From: a bacterium
Lineage (GTDB): Bacteria > SZUA-182 > DTGQ01 > JAFGSM01
Assembly: GCA_049472335.1 (NCBI GenBank)
Contig: JBLIRO010000004.1
Location: forward strand, 14,368 to 78,367
DNA: 64,000 nt
Direction of reading: 5' to 3'
Positions 47,197 through 57,278 of this stretch are shown here, one piece after another (position 1 is the first letter of the stretch; every line of letters starts with the position of its first letter). The notes beneath the pieces were generated by a model. It saw only the letters and a list, made by a program, of their open reading frames with translations, did no database searches and was not told the origin of the DNA. Made by a program: the position numbers and the translations under genes.

Positions 47197-50076
47197 ATGG
47201 AAACATATTATACCCGCCAAACCTTCTGTTATTATACTAAGAAATATATGATTATAAGATTATTTTTGATCAGTATGTTGATTTTTTCCCTCTTATGCCT
47301 TTCAAAAATGTGTATCCCGGAAAAAGCCATGGCTGCATCCGAGGGATCCTATACACTTTTTGAATCAGGGCAAGTCCGGCCATTGGCCCTGTCTCCGGAT
47401 GGTAAAACACTCTTTGCAGTAAATACTCCGGATAATCGTTTAGAGGTCTTCAAGGTCACCAGGAATGGTTTATGTCGCCGTGGATCTGTACCTGTCGGGC
47501 TAGAACCTGTCGCAGTTGCAGCTCGCACCAATGATGAGATCTGGGTAGTCAACCACCTCTCAGACAGTGTAAGCATAGTGAATATAAGCAGGCTCGGATT
47601 TATGAGGGTAGTATGTACACTGCTCGTGGGTGACGAACCGAGAGACATTGTATTTGCGGGACCAAAAAGAAGCCGTGCCTTTATTACTTGTACACACCGT
47701 GGACAGAATGCCCCTTTTGATCCACAACTCACCACACCCGGCATTGGACGTGCAGATGTCTGGGTGTTTGATGTCAATGATCTTGGATCGGGTCTCGGCG
47801 GCAAGCCTCTTAGTATAATCAATCTGTTTACTGATACACCTCGCGCACTCGCTGTTTCACCTGACGGGAGCCGCGTGTATGCAGCAGGTTTTAAGACAGG
47901 CAACCAAACCACGACTATTGCTGAGGAAGTAGTTACCGCAAATGGAGGCCTACCCGAACCAACAACCAATTATGAAGGTATAGAGCAGCCCACAACGGGC
48001 CTTATTGTTAAATTTAATGGTAAGCACTGGGTTGATGAGCTCGGGAGAGAATGGGATGAATTCGTAAAATTTTCATTACCCGACAAGGATGTGTTTGTCA
48101 TTGATGCAATGGTGGATCCTCCAAAGCAAATTCCCGGAGAAGAAGGATTTTATGCAGGTGTAGGCACCGTTCTTTTTAACATGGTTGTGAATCCCTGCAA
48201 TGGGAATGTGTATGTTGCCAATACCGATGCACAGAATGAAAACCGCTTCGAAGGACCAGGTATTTTTGCTGGACACTCCGTGCGTGGACATCTTGCTGAA
48301 AGTCGCATCACTATATTGGGAAATGGCAAGGTTAAACCTAGTCACCTTAATAAACATATTGATTATGAAAGTTGTTGCGATCCTATTCCCAATGATGAAA
48401 ACCGAAAAAGTCTTGCCTTCCCAATGGGTATGGCAGTTTCTCGTAATGGAAAAACACTCTATGTTACAGCTTTTGGATCCAGTAAAGTGGGAATGTTTGA
48501 TACGGCGAAGCTAGAGGATGATACCTTTGAACCTGATGAATCCAATCAGATTGATGTATCAGGCGGTGGGCCGAGCGGTCTTGTCCTTGACGAGTGCCGC
48601 AGTCGTCTATATGTGCTCACGCGTTTTGATAATTCAATCTCTATAATTGATACAAGGTCAAATGAAGAAAAAGCCCATATATCAATGTATAATCCAGAGC
48701 CAGAAACCATTGTGCGTGGACGTCCTTTTCTTTACGACGCATCTCACACCTCGAGTCATGGAGACTCGGCATGTGCAAGTTGTCATGTTTTTGGTGATTT
48801 CGATGGCTTGGCATGGGATCTTGGTGATCCTGATGGTGATGAGATAAACAATCCTGGCCCTTTTGCTATTGTTCCATCAGAAGTGAACTACCCGGAGCCG
48901 TATAATATGAACTTTCGTCCTATGAAAGGCCCCATGACCACCCAGAGCCTGAGGGGACTGGCGAATCATGGACCGATGCATTGGCGTGGTGATCGAACCG
49001 GTGGCAATGATGCGCCGAGTGAGCAACCGGACAGCGGAACCTTTGATGAAGAAGCGGCGTTTAATAAGTTCAATATTGCATTTTTAAAACTAAATGGCAG
49101 ACATGCAGAGCTCCCAGAGGAGGAGATGCAAGCGTTTACCGACTTTGCTCTACAAATTACATATCCACCGAATCCTATTCGCAATCTCGATAACTCACTA
49201 ACTCCTATTCAGCAGGCAGGCCATGATATATTTTTTAATGGCCCGATTGTGGATACTAAATTTCGTTGTGGCGGGTGTCACATTGTTGATCCAGAAGCTA
49301 ATGCCGAGTATGGCGTCAAAAAACCGGGATTTTTTAGCACTAAGGGGCTTAATCTATTTATATTTTTGCCTCAGACCTTTAAGATCCCAAATTTGCGTAA
49401 TGTGTACCAGCAAATCGGAAAGTTTGGCATGCCAGAGACGAATACATTTCCTGCCTATTTCAGTGAGAGCGACAATAGATTTATGGGGGATCAGATCCGT
49501 GGTTTCGGGGTTCTCCATGACGGGAGCGTTGATACCGTTTTTCGCTTCTTGAATCTAGTCGTTTTTACACCAAGGGAGCCAGATACATTTTGGCCGGGTG
49601 ATCCTGGTAATCATCCGGGCCTTACCATTGAATACCCAGAGGGATTAGAAATGCGCAGGCAACTTGAACAGTTTATATTCGCCTTTCCCACTAACCTGGC
49701 ACCTATAGTAGGGCAGCAGGTAACACTTACCCGCAAGAATCAGAGGCAAGTTGCATCACGTATCGATCTGATGATAGAACGTGCCGAAGTCGGTGAGTGT
49801 GATCTTGTTGCTAAAAGGGGCCAATGGAGTGGCTACTTATATGTTGGAAATGGCAAATTTCGGGATAATCTAAACGGCTGCCTTATAAAGGATAAAACTC
49901 TACGCACACTTGCCCGTTCGTGTTTCGGTGAGGTTACATACACCTGTGTGCCACCTGGTTCAGGTGTAAGGATCGGGCTTGATCGTGACGAGGATGGTTG
50001 CTTTGATCGTCGCGAACTTCTCTGTGGCAGCGATCCGACGGACCCGATGAGTACATGTCATATGGGAAAGGATTAA
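47197..50076 (+). CDS. Secreted beta-propeller (YncE/YVTN-like) protein fused to a dihaem cytochrome c peroxidase-like domain
   Basis: GAGGAG RBS and a signal-like segment. Repeats of the type [23 protein letters not shown] and [14 protein letters not shown]. Two CxxCH motifs ([21 protein letters not shown]). C-terminal [22 protein letters not shown] is Ca-binding and TSP3-like. Confidence 0.8.
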   Translation: METYYTRQTFCYYTKKYMIIRLFLISMLIFSLLCLSKMCIPEKAMAASEGSYTLFESGQVRPLALSPDGKTLFAVNTPDNRLEVFKVTRNGLCRRGSVPVGLEPVAVAARTNDEIWVVNHLSDSVSIVNISRLGFMRVVCTLLVGDEPRDIVFAGPKRSRAFITCTHRGQNAPFDPQLTTPGIGRADVWVFDVNDLGSGLGGKPLSIINLFTDTPRALAVSPDGSRVYAAGFKTGNQTTTIAEEVVTANGGLPEPTTNYEGIEQPTTGLIVKFNGKHWVDELGREWDEFVKFSLPDKDVFVIDAMVDPPKQIPGEEGFYAGVGTVLFNMVVNPCNGNVYVANTDAQNENRFEGPGIFAGHSVRGHLAESRITILGNGKVKPSHLNKHIDYESCCDPIPNDENRKSLAFPMGMAVSRNGKTLYVTAFGSSKVGMFDTAKLEDDTFEPDESNQIDVSGGGPSGLVLDECRSRLYVLTRFDNSISIIDTRSNEEKAHISMYNPEPETIVRGRPFLYDASHTSSHGDSACASCHVFGDFDGLAWDLGDPDGDEINNPGPFAIVPSEVNYPEPYNMNFRPMKGPMTTQSLRGLANHGPMHWRGDRTGGNDAPSEQPDSGTFDEEAAFNKFNIAFLKLNGRHAELPEEEMQAFTDFALQITYPPNPIRNLDNSLTPIQQAGHDIFFNGPIVDTKFRCGGCHIVDPEANAEYGVKKPGFFSTKGLNLFIFLPQTFKIPNLRNVYQQIGKFGMPETNTFPAYFSESDNRFMGDQIRGFGVLHDGSVDTVFRFLNLVVFTPREPDTFWPGDPGNHPGLTIEYPEGLEMRRQLEQFIFAFPTNLAPIVGQQVTLTRKNQRQVASRIDLMIERAEVGECDLVAKRGQWSGYLYVGNGKFRDNLNGCLIKDKTLRTLARSCFGEVTYTCVPPGSGVRIGLDRDEDGCFDRRELLCGSDPTDPMSTCHMGKD

Positions 50077-50099
50077 TATAAGGGGAGAGGATATTTATT

Positions 50100-50190
50100 G
50101 GACTATCCACTTATGCTAATTTCTTGCGAAGCTCCAAACCGACAAGGTTGAAGACTGCTCTTCTGGCGGAGCTTCGCTAGTGGATAGTCC
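50100..50190. other. 91-nt compound hairpin element downstream of the propeller gene
   Basis: Outer stem GGACTATCCAC/GTGGATAGTCC (50100-50110 with 50180-50190). Inner stem GCGAAGCTCC/GGAGCTTCGC (50126-50135 with 50168-50177). No trailing T-tract. Confidence 0.5.
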
Positions 50191-50239
50191 AATTTCATAT
50201 CAAGGATTTAATGTACCTTTATACACCATAACCATAAAC

Positions 50240-50600
50240 TGGATATCCGCTATCCCATCCTGAATAAACATAGGATTTGTAAGCACCCCGGCCTACCTAT
50301 CTTGGCGTGTACAGGCTCAGGAAAAACAAGAGGTATAACCTATCGTATATGCTATTTAATTCATGAATGTGGTGTTTCTCAATATTTGATTTTAGCTGTT
50401 ACTTTTACAAATAAAGCAGCAAAAAGATGAAAAATCGAGTCAAAAACCTTGTAGGGAGTACTATTAAAAAAAATGGATCTGCACATTTTACTCTTCCTGT
50501 GTTCAAATATTGAGAAATGAAATCCGTCACTTAGATCTACCAAGGAGTTTTGTAATCTTTGATGAAGATAACCAATTGAGGTTTATGAAAAGATACCTAT
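50240..50600 (+). pseudogene. UvrD/Rep/PcrA-family helicase N-terminal fragment
   Basis: My own translation: …[57 protein letters not shown], then a stop. A shifted frame then reads WICTFYSSCVQILRNE…FVIFDEDNQLRFMKRYL. No start codon. Cut off at 50600 by the repeat copy. Confidence 0.8.
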
Positions 50601-50653
50601 AGGATCGAGAATCAGATTCATTTATAGATAAATCAACTAACCGACAATATATT
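50601..50653. repeat. Copy B, part 1: duplicate of the first 21 nt of ruvX plus 32 nt upstream
   Basis: 52 of 53 positions identical to 42015-42067. Confidence 0.9.
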
Positions 50654-51499
50654 CAGAACTCCTGATCTGCTGGATTTTGATTTGACACCAAATCGTAAAC
50701 CAGACGCAAACAGGTGCCTGGAAAAATCGTTTCGGATTCATTCAGAACTTCACATAATTTTTGAACATACCGGTTATTGCGGAAATTTGCCATATTGTGA
50801 ATCTTAACCTTTAATATCCCCTTTTCCTCATCCGGTTCTATATCTGCGTCTGTGAGAAAAATTTGGCGCACCAGTGCCCTTGCTTCATCCTTTTTGAGAA
50901 TATAATCTCTCAGAATATTTACTATTGCGGTTTCTGCTCGATAGGCTATCATTTTGATGGTGTCAATGAATTGTTTTTCGCTCCTTTTTAGATTCTTAAA
51001 CTATTCGGTTTCTGGTAATTCCGAAAAGGATATATGCTTTTGTGTTTTTTTCCTTATACTCTGCACGCTTTCGAGACAGCTTGGCATTTTTGGATCTGAT
51101 TTGCCTTTCAAACTCCCTGTATCTGGGATTGACGACCTTAATGGTTTCATCCATTGTCTCTATCTGATAATCAATAAGTCTATCAATTCCATAGTGTTCC
51201 ATCATATACTTAAAGAAGTTTTCTTGAGACCATCTGGAGAACATCTTGCCGGCGATGTAGGTAGCGTCTTCATGGGCATATTTTGGATAGGTGTATCAGA
51301 CAATACGCTTTTCCCACATTTGTTTGAAAAATATTGGGCTATAGCCTTCCCGGTCAAACACAATACCAAAACGAAACAGGTAGGGGTGCGCTCCCAGTTC
51401 CTCTTGCGTTGGTTGTTTCGGAACCTTCTCAAGCAGTTCTGGTATTATCTTCTCATGCAAAACCGCTAGAAGGCCCGTGTTCACCGTTTCGGTTATCAC
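50653..51499 (-). mobile_element. Decayed DDE transposase gene remnant (IS4-superfamily-like), lacking its N-terminus and IS ends
   Basis: The minus-strand pieces join into one reading: …GIVFDREGYSPIFFKQMWEKRIV, an in-frame TGA, YTYPKYAHEDATYIAGKMFSRWSQENFFKYMMEHYGIDRL (RW-x2-E-x6-K type motif), a frameshift, then …IKMIAYRAETAIVNILRDY…FPGTCLRLVYDLVS. No terminal inverted repeats are visible. Confidence 0.75.
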
Positions 51500-51502
51500 A
51501 AA

Positions 51503-51600
51503 TTACATGGTTTAAACAAATTAAATTTGACTGAGGCTCAATCCATGATATATTCTGTTTGTGCTAACAAAATATTTTGTTTTTCCTTACACTTTACAAA
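51503..51600. repeat. Copy B, part 2 of the ruvX-ahb intergenic region (functional leader of the ahb/hemL operon)
   Basis: Matches 42100-42198. Confidence 0.9.
51527..51554 (+). promoter_or_regulatory. Sigma70-type promoter of the ahb-hemL operon
   Basis: TTGACT (51527-51532), 16-nt spacer, TATATT (51549-51554), about 60 nt upstream of the ATG at 51614. Confidence 0.5.
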
Positions 51601-51613
51601 GGATTCTTCAAGA

Positions 51614-52084
51614 ATGCCAAAACTAACAAAAAAAGATAAAGAGTTGATTCGTTATATACAGAATGATTTACCCTATGATAACAGGCCTTTTTTGGTGATA
51701 GCAGAGAAGTTGGGCTGGAAAGAAGGCGAAGTTTTGCAAAGGATTAAGGAGTGGATCGATCAGGGAGTGATTAAAAGATTCGGTGCCCTGGTTAAGCACC
51801 AGAATCTGGGCTTCAGGGGAAATGCCATGGTGGCGTGGTCTGTTCCTCATTCAGATGTGGAGATAACAGGAAAACATATGGCAAATTATCTTTTTATAAG
51901 TCATTGTTATGAAAGACCTGCCGGGCCGGATTGGCCGTATAACATATACACCATGATTCATGCTTTGGATAAGAAAGAGCTGGAATCCTTTGTTCATAGA
52001 GTTGCCAGAGACACGGGTATTGAGGAGTATCGGATACTATATACGGTTAAGGAATGGAAAAAGAAAAGTATGGAATATATATGA
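51614..52084 (+). CDS. Siroheme decarboxylase subunit (AhbA/AhbB, NirD/L-like, Lrp/AsnC fold)
   Basis: MPKLTKKDKELIRYIQNDLPYDNRPFLVIAEKLGWKEGEVLQRIKEWIDQGVIKRFGALV…GNAMVAW is the typical family pattern. Adjacent to hemL. The track start at 51527 lies in the duplicated leader. Confidence 0.6.
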   Translation: MPKLTKKDKELIRYIQNDLPYDNRPFLVIAEKLGWKEGEVLQRIKEWIDQGVIKRFGALVKHQNLGFRGNAMVAWSVPHSDVEITGKHMANYLFISHCYERPAGPDWPYNIYTMIHALDKKELESFVHRVARDTGIEEYRILYTVKEWKKKSMEYI

Positions 52085-52110
52085 TGTCTCAATAATCAGG
52101 GAGGAGCGAG

Positions 52111-53397
52111 ATGTTTGAAAGGTCACAAGAGTTGTGGAAAGAAGCGAACAATTTTTTGATCGGAGGGGTAAACAGCCCTGTCAGGGCTTTTAAGGCGGTT
52201 GGCGGCTCACCGATCTTTATAAATAGCGCGAAAGGTCCTCTGATATATGATGTGGACGGACAAAAATATTATGATTATGTAGGTTCCTGGGGGCCGATGA
52301 TCCTTGGGCATGCCCATCCGGATATAATCAAGGCCATTCAGGAAACCATGTCACAAGGCACGAGTTTCGGTGCACCCACACAGTTGGAGGTTCGTCTGGC
52401 AGAGTTGATAGTGAAATCGGTTCCTTCAATAGAAAGGGTGAGAATGGTCAATTCCGGGACGGAAGCAACCATGAGTGCCATTCGTCTGGCCAGGGGATAT
52501 ACAGGGAGGGAAAAAATTGTAAAGTTTGCAGGCTGCTATCATGGACATGTCGATAGTCTTCTGGTAAAGGCCGGGTCCGGTGCCACTACCCTTGGAATGC
52601 CTGATAGCAAAGGTGTTCCTCTTGCATTGGCTCAGGAAACAATTACCCTTCCATTTAATGATATAGGTATTTTTAAAAAGGTACTGCAAAATTCTGCGAG
52701 ACAGATAGCAGCGGTTATCCTGGAGCCTGTTGTGGGTAATATGGGTGTGGTGCCACCTGAAAAAGGCTATCTGGAGGAAATAAGGGAGTTAACGGAACGT
52801 TTTGATATACTGCTGATCTTTGATGAAGTTATGACCGGATTCCGCCTTGCACTTGGAGGGGCTCAGCAGCTTTTTGGCATAGCTCCGGATCTTACATGCC
52901 TTGGTAAGATTATCGGTGGAGGCCTGCCGGTTGGCGCTTTTGGAGGTAAAAAGGAGATCATGGAATACCTCGCTCCGGTTGGCCCGGTTTATCAGGCTGG
53001 AACACTTTCCGGAAATCCCATTGCAATGGCGGCTGGAATAAAATCCCTGGAACTGTTACAAAAAAAGGATACATACAGGCAATTAGAGGCAAAAGGTATG
53101 AAACTAGAAACAGGTATCCGGGAGGCGGCAAAAGATGCAAAACAGGATATCCAGGTTCAACGAGTAGGTTCAATGCTTTGTCCATTCTTTACTTCACAAA
53201 GGGTAATAGATTATGAGACGGCAAAAAGAAGTGACACAAAACTTTATGCCCGTTTTTTCTGGGCACTTATTGAACTGGGTGTATATGTTCCTCCGTCTCA
53301 GTTTGAGGCACATTTTATATCGCTCGCCCATGATGATGAAGCCCTTGACAACACAATTTTGGCCATCAATAAGGCCCTGAAGTCAATTAAGATATGA
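52111..53397 (+). CDS. hemL: Glutamate-1-semialdehyde 2,1-aminomutase
   Basis: [54 protein letters not shown] (PLP-binding Lys). Confidence 0.95.
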   Translation: MFERSQELWKEANNFLIGGVNSPVRAFKAVGGSPIFINSAKGPLIYDVDGQKYYDYVGSWGPMILGHAHPDIIKAIQETMSQGTSFGAPTQLEVRLAELIVKSVPSIERVRMVNSGTEATMSAIRLARGYTGREKIVKFAGCYHGHVDSLLVKAGSGATTLGMPDSKGVPLALAQETITLPFNDIGIFKKVLQNSARQIAAVILEPVVGNMGVVPPEKGYLEEIRELTERFDILLIFDEVMTGFRLALGGAQQLFGIAPDLTCLGKIIGGGLPVGAFGGKKEIMEYLAPVGPVYQAGTLSGNPIAMAAGIKSLELLQKKDTYRQLEAKGMKLETGIREAAKDAKQDIQVQRVGSMLCPFFTSQRVIDYETAKRSDTKLYARFFWALIELGVYVPPSQFEAHFISLAHDDEALDNTILAINKALKSIKI

Positions 53398-54173
53398 TCC
53401 GAGACACACTGCCTATCTCTGTTTCAATAATAACACTTAATGAGGAGAGAAATATCGGGAATTGCCTGATGAGCGTCAATTTTTGCCGGGAAAAGATAGT
53501 GGTGGATTCCAATAGTAGTGACAGAACCAGAGAAATTGCCAAAGAGATGGGGGCACAGGTTTATGTAAGACCTTTTGAAGGCCACTGGCAGCAAAAACAG
53601 TGGGCCTTGGAAAGATGTACAAATGAATGGGTTTTATGTCTGGACGCAGATGAACGTGTAACATCTACATTTAAGGATTTCCTTTACAATCTGGACCTTC
53701 GCAAATCCTTGATTGATGGTTATGAAATAAGACGAAGGCATTTTTTCATGGGGCGCAAAATGGGTCATTCGTCGCTTTATCCGGATTATAAGTTAAGACT
53801 TGTAAGGAAGGAGAGGTCTCGATGGGGAGGAGTAAATCCCCATGACAAACTGATAGTTACAGGCAAAACCAGGAAACTGCCTTATGAGATAACCCATTAT
53901 GCCTGGCTGGATTTCCAGGACTATCTTTTGACCCAAATAAAATATTCCAGGATCACGGCTCAGGAAAAATTTCGATCAGGGAAAAGGGCAAGGCTTTACG
54001 ATTTGACATTTCGTCCTGTATACACCTTCCTTTATAGATATTTTATAAGGCTCGGAATACTTGACGGTTTTCCAGGTTTCATTATTTCTATGGGGGGGGC
54101 GTTTGCTTGTTTTGCAAAGTATACGTTTCTTAAGGAGTTGGAAAATAAAAATAAAGAAAATTTACTTAAATAA
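53394..54173 (+). CDS. Family 2 glycosyltransferase (LPS core, KdtX/WaaE-like)
   Basis: [34 protein letters not shown] overlap with hemL. Confidence 0.8.
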   Translation: MIRDTLPISVSIITLNEERNIGNCLMSVNFCREKIVVDSNSSDRTREIAKEMGAQVYVRPFEGHWQQKQWALERCTNEWVLCLDADERVTSTFKDFLYNLDLRKSLIDGYEIRRRHFFMGRKMGHSSLYPDYKLRLVRKERSRWGGVNPHDKLIVTGKTRKLPYEITHYAWLDFQDYLLTQIKYSRITAQEKFRSGKRARLYDLTFRPVYTFLYRYFIRLGILDGFPGFIISMGGAFACFAKYTFLKELENKNKENLLK

Positions 54174-54323
54174 TAGTCGATCGACAAATATCAAGAAATG
54201 GTTTCATTAATTAGATGTCACCCTGATGGATTTCTTGATTTGATAGAAGGTTTATGATAATTTCTGGATTGTGATTAAGGTGCAAGAACTTAAATAGAAT
54301 AAACATATAATTATGGTGATAAT

Positions 54324-55430
54324 ATGCCTATACCTATGGTTGATTTAAAGGCTGAATATAACAGCCTGAAAAAGGAAATAGATAAAAAGATAAAGAAGGT
54401 CCTTAATTCGGGTTATTTTATTCTGGGGCCTGAAGTCGAGTCTCTGGAAAAGGATATAGCCAAATACTGCAATACAAAATTTTCAGTTGGGGTGGCTTCC
54501 GGAACGGAAGCCCTGCATTTGGCTCTGATTGCCTGCGGTGTAGGTAAGGGAGATGAAGTGATTACCACATCGTTTACATTCATTGCCACAGCAGAGGTTG
54601 TATCTCATCTGGGTGCTATGCCGGTTTTTGTTGATATAAATCAAAATAATTTCAATATTGACACTAAACTCATTGCTTCCAAAATAACCAAAAGAACAAA
54701 GGCCATTATTCCAGTTCATCTCTATGGACAGGCATCGGACATGGATGCGATTATTGATATCGCAAGAGAAAATGGATTAATGGTTATTGAGGATTGTGCC
54801 CAGGCCTTCGGGGCCGAATATAAAAACAGGAAAGTAGGCTCAATAGGAGATGTAGGATGCTTTAGTTTTTATCCTGCAAAAAATCTAGGTTGTTACGGGG
54901 ATGGAGGAATGGTTGTTACGTCTAACAAGGATATCTATCAAAAGGTCAAATTGTTGAGACAGCATGGAGCCGAAGAGCAATATAACCATAAGGTTTTGGG
55001 ATTCAATAGCCGGTTGGATGAATTACAGGCGGCCATATTGGGAGTCAAGCTTAAATACCTCGATGAATGGAATACTATCAGGCGCGAGAGGGCTGAGCTT
55101 TATAATAAGTATCTGTCTGATAAAGACATCATCCTTCCTGTTGAGGAGCCTTACAATCACCATGTATATAATCAATATACAATCCGTATGAAAAACCGGG
55201 ACAAGATAAGGGAAGGATTGCAAAGGAAAAAAATAGCCTCTGCGGTCCATTATCCTATCCCCCTTCATCAACAGCCTATTTATAAAAATCTAAATTGCGG
55301 GGAGGGCGGGCTGGCAGTCAGTGAACGTATCAGCAAAGAGGTACTTTCCCTTCCCATATCCCCTTATATCAATCCGGAACAGATCAAAGAGGTTTCTGAT
55401 TGTCTGATTGAATTAATTGAAATGAGCTGA
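54324..55430 (+). CDS. DegT/DnrJ/EryC1/StrS-family sugar aminotransferase
   Basis: FILGPEV, SGTEALHLAL, FSFYPAKNLG (PLP-binding Lys), GFNSRLDELQAAIL. Confidence 0.9.
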   Translation: MPIPMVDLKAEYNSLKKEIDKKIKKVLNSGYFILGPEVESLEKDIAKYCNTKFSVGVASGTEALHLALIACGVGKGDEVITTSFTFIATAEVVSHLGAMPVFVDINQNNFNIDTKLIASKITKRTKAIIPVHLYGQASDMDAIIDIARENGLMVIEDCAQAFGAEYKNRKVGSIGDVGCFSFYPAKNLGCYGDGGMVVTSNKDIYQKVKLLRQHGAEEQYNHKVLGFNSRLDELQAAILGVKLKYLDEWNTIRRERAELYNKYLSDKDIILPVEEPYNHHVYNQYTIRMKNRDKIREGLQRKKIASAVHYPIPLHQQPIYKNLNCGEGGLAVSERISKEVLSLPISPYINPEQIKEVSDCLIELIEMS

Positions 55431-55440
55431 ATTTCCATAT

Positions 55441-56586
55441 ATGAAGATATTGCTTGTAACAGGAGAAGCCTCGGGTGATCTGCATGGATCACGTTTGATT
55501 CATGAGATAAAAAAGAATAATCCGGATATAGAATTTTTTGCCGTGGGAGGTGAAAGTATAAGATCGGAAGGGGCAAACATACTTTTTGATTGTCAACGCC
55601 TTGGTGTTGTGGGATTGGTCGAAATCTTCGCTCATCTGACTACAATACTGGGTTGTTTCCGTCTTGTTAAAAATTTTCTAAAGTCGCAAAAACCCGATAT
55701 CCTCATATTGATAGATTATCCTGATTTTAATCTTAGACTCGCTAAGGTGGCGAAAAAGCTCGGTATAAAGGTTCTCTATTATATTAGCCCTCAGATTTGG
55801 GCATGGAGGAGGAATAGGATAAAATTTATCTCCAGGTGGGTGGATAAGATACTGGTAATTTTTCCGTTTGAGGTACCTTTTTATAAAAGCGGGGGGGTTG
55901 ATGCCGAGTTTGTGGGGCATCCACTTCTTGATTCAATCTCTCCGAAGATAAGTCAGGAATCTTTTAAGGTTAAGTTTGGTTTTAAAAGGGGCGAGAGAGT
56001 GATTGCCCTAATGCCTGGAAGCCGTAAAGGTGAGGTTTCGCGAATATTGCCGGTAATGCTTGAAGGGGCCAAAAAACTCATGGAAAACCACCACCAAAAC
56101 TGGCGTTTTGCCCTTATCCTAGCATCTACTATTGATCGATCGATAATCGATCCCATTATAAAAAACTATAAAGATCTTTTTTCGCTCTCAATTATTCAGG
56201 GCTTTACCTATGAAACACTAAAATCGGCAGAACTGGCCTTTGTGGCCTCCGGCACTGCGACATTAGAGGCCGCTGTTATCGGGACACCGATGGTAATTCT
56301 CTATAAATTGGCATGGCCGACTTATCTGATAGGGAAGTTATTGATAAAAATACCTGCTATTGGTTTAGTAAATATTGTTGCAGAGGAAAAGATTGCTCCT
56401 GAATTGATTCAGACTGATGCAAATAGTCAGAAGCTGGCAATTGAAGCCGAGAGAGTTTTGACTGATCCTGAATATAGAAAAATTATTGAGCAGGGATTGT
56501 ACAAGGTAAGGAAGACACTTGGAAAACCCGGCGCAACTGTCAGGGCCGCTACCGCGGTGATGGATTTTTTAAAAGAAAGTGCCTAA
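55441..56586 (+). CDS. lpxB: Lipid-A-disaccharide synthase
   Basis: ILLVTGEASGDLHGSRLI, IDYPDFNLRLAK, YISPQIWAWR, SGTATLEAA. Confidence 0.9.
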   Translation: MKILLVTGEASGDLHGSRLIHEIKKNNPDIEFFAVGGESIRSEGANILFDCQRLGVVGLVEIFAHLTTILGCFRLVKNFLKSQKPDILILIDYPDFNLRLAKVAKKLGIKVLYYISPQIWAWRRNRIKFISRWVDKILVIFPFEVPFYKSGGVDAEFVGHPLLDSISPKISQESFKVKFGFKRGERVIALMPGSRKGEVSRILPVMLEGAKKLMENHHQNWRFALILASTIDRSIIDPIIKNYKDLFSLSIIQGFTYETLKSAELAFVASGTATLEAAVIGTPMVILYKLAWPTYLIGKLLIKIPAIGLVNIVAEEKIAPELIQTDANSQKLAIEAERVLTDPEYRKIIEQGLYKVRKTLGKPGATVRAATAVMDFLKESA

Positions 56587-56613
56587 AATATAGGCACTTT
56601 GGGCACTTTGATA

Positions 56614-57275
56614 ATGTTAAATAAATATTTAACAAGATTGAAAATGGTATTAATAGGAATAACAGGTTATCTTCTTATAAGATTTCTGGCCGTTACCATA
56701 AAGATTAACTGGGTTCATAAGAAACGTCTGAAAGATATTTTGATTAGAAAAAGACAGCGTGTTATATATTGCTTCTGGCATGATCGATTGCTTATGATGC
56801 CTCTTATTGCACTGGGACAGAGGGCGAGTGTTTTAATAAGTCAGCACAGGGATGGAGAATATATAAGCCGTATAATATCATGGTTCGGATTCAGGACGAT
56901 TCGGGGTTCCAGTACAAGAGGAGGGAGCCTTGCCCTGCGGAAAATGGCAAGAGAAATAAATTCAGGGCGGCATGGCGCAATAACACCTGACGGACCCAGA
57001 GGCCCAAGACATGTGGCAAAGGAAGGGGCAATTTTACTTGCCAGTCTGACCGGATCTCCTTTGGTGCCAATTGCCTTCAGCAGTTCAAAAAAAAAACACT
57101 TTCAAGCTGGGATAAATTTTTGATCCCTTTCCCTTTTTCCAGGGGGGTATTTATAGTAGGTCCTCTCCTATGGGTCCCCAAACACCTTTCTCCGGATGAT
57201 ATGAATATATACACGAAGCGTCTTGAGCAACTTCTTTCGGATGTGACCCGGGAGGCGGATAGAATCACTGAATAA
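56614..57275 (+). pseudogene. DUF374-family (lysophospholipid acyltransferase-like) gene, interrupted by a frameshift in an A10 run
   Basis: FWHDRLLMMP, SQHRDGEYISRII, IRGSSTRGG and ITPDGPRGP lie in frame 1, which stops at 57123. After the A-run at 57087-57096, the conserved C-terminus SWDKFLIPFPFSRGVFIVGP…READRITE continues in another frame to 57275. Confidence 0.7.
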
Positions 57276-57278
57276 GCT

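Noticed and set aside
51293-51295. In-frame TGA in the transposase as selenocysteine or recoding.
   Set aside because: The gene also has a frameshift and lacks its N-terminus and ends. A plain nonsense mutation in a pseudogene is far more likely.
50954-51469. 171-aa plus-strand ORF.
   Set aside because: It is antisense to the recognisable transposase remnant and has low-complexity hydrophobic content.
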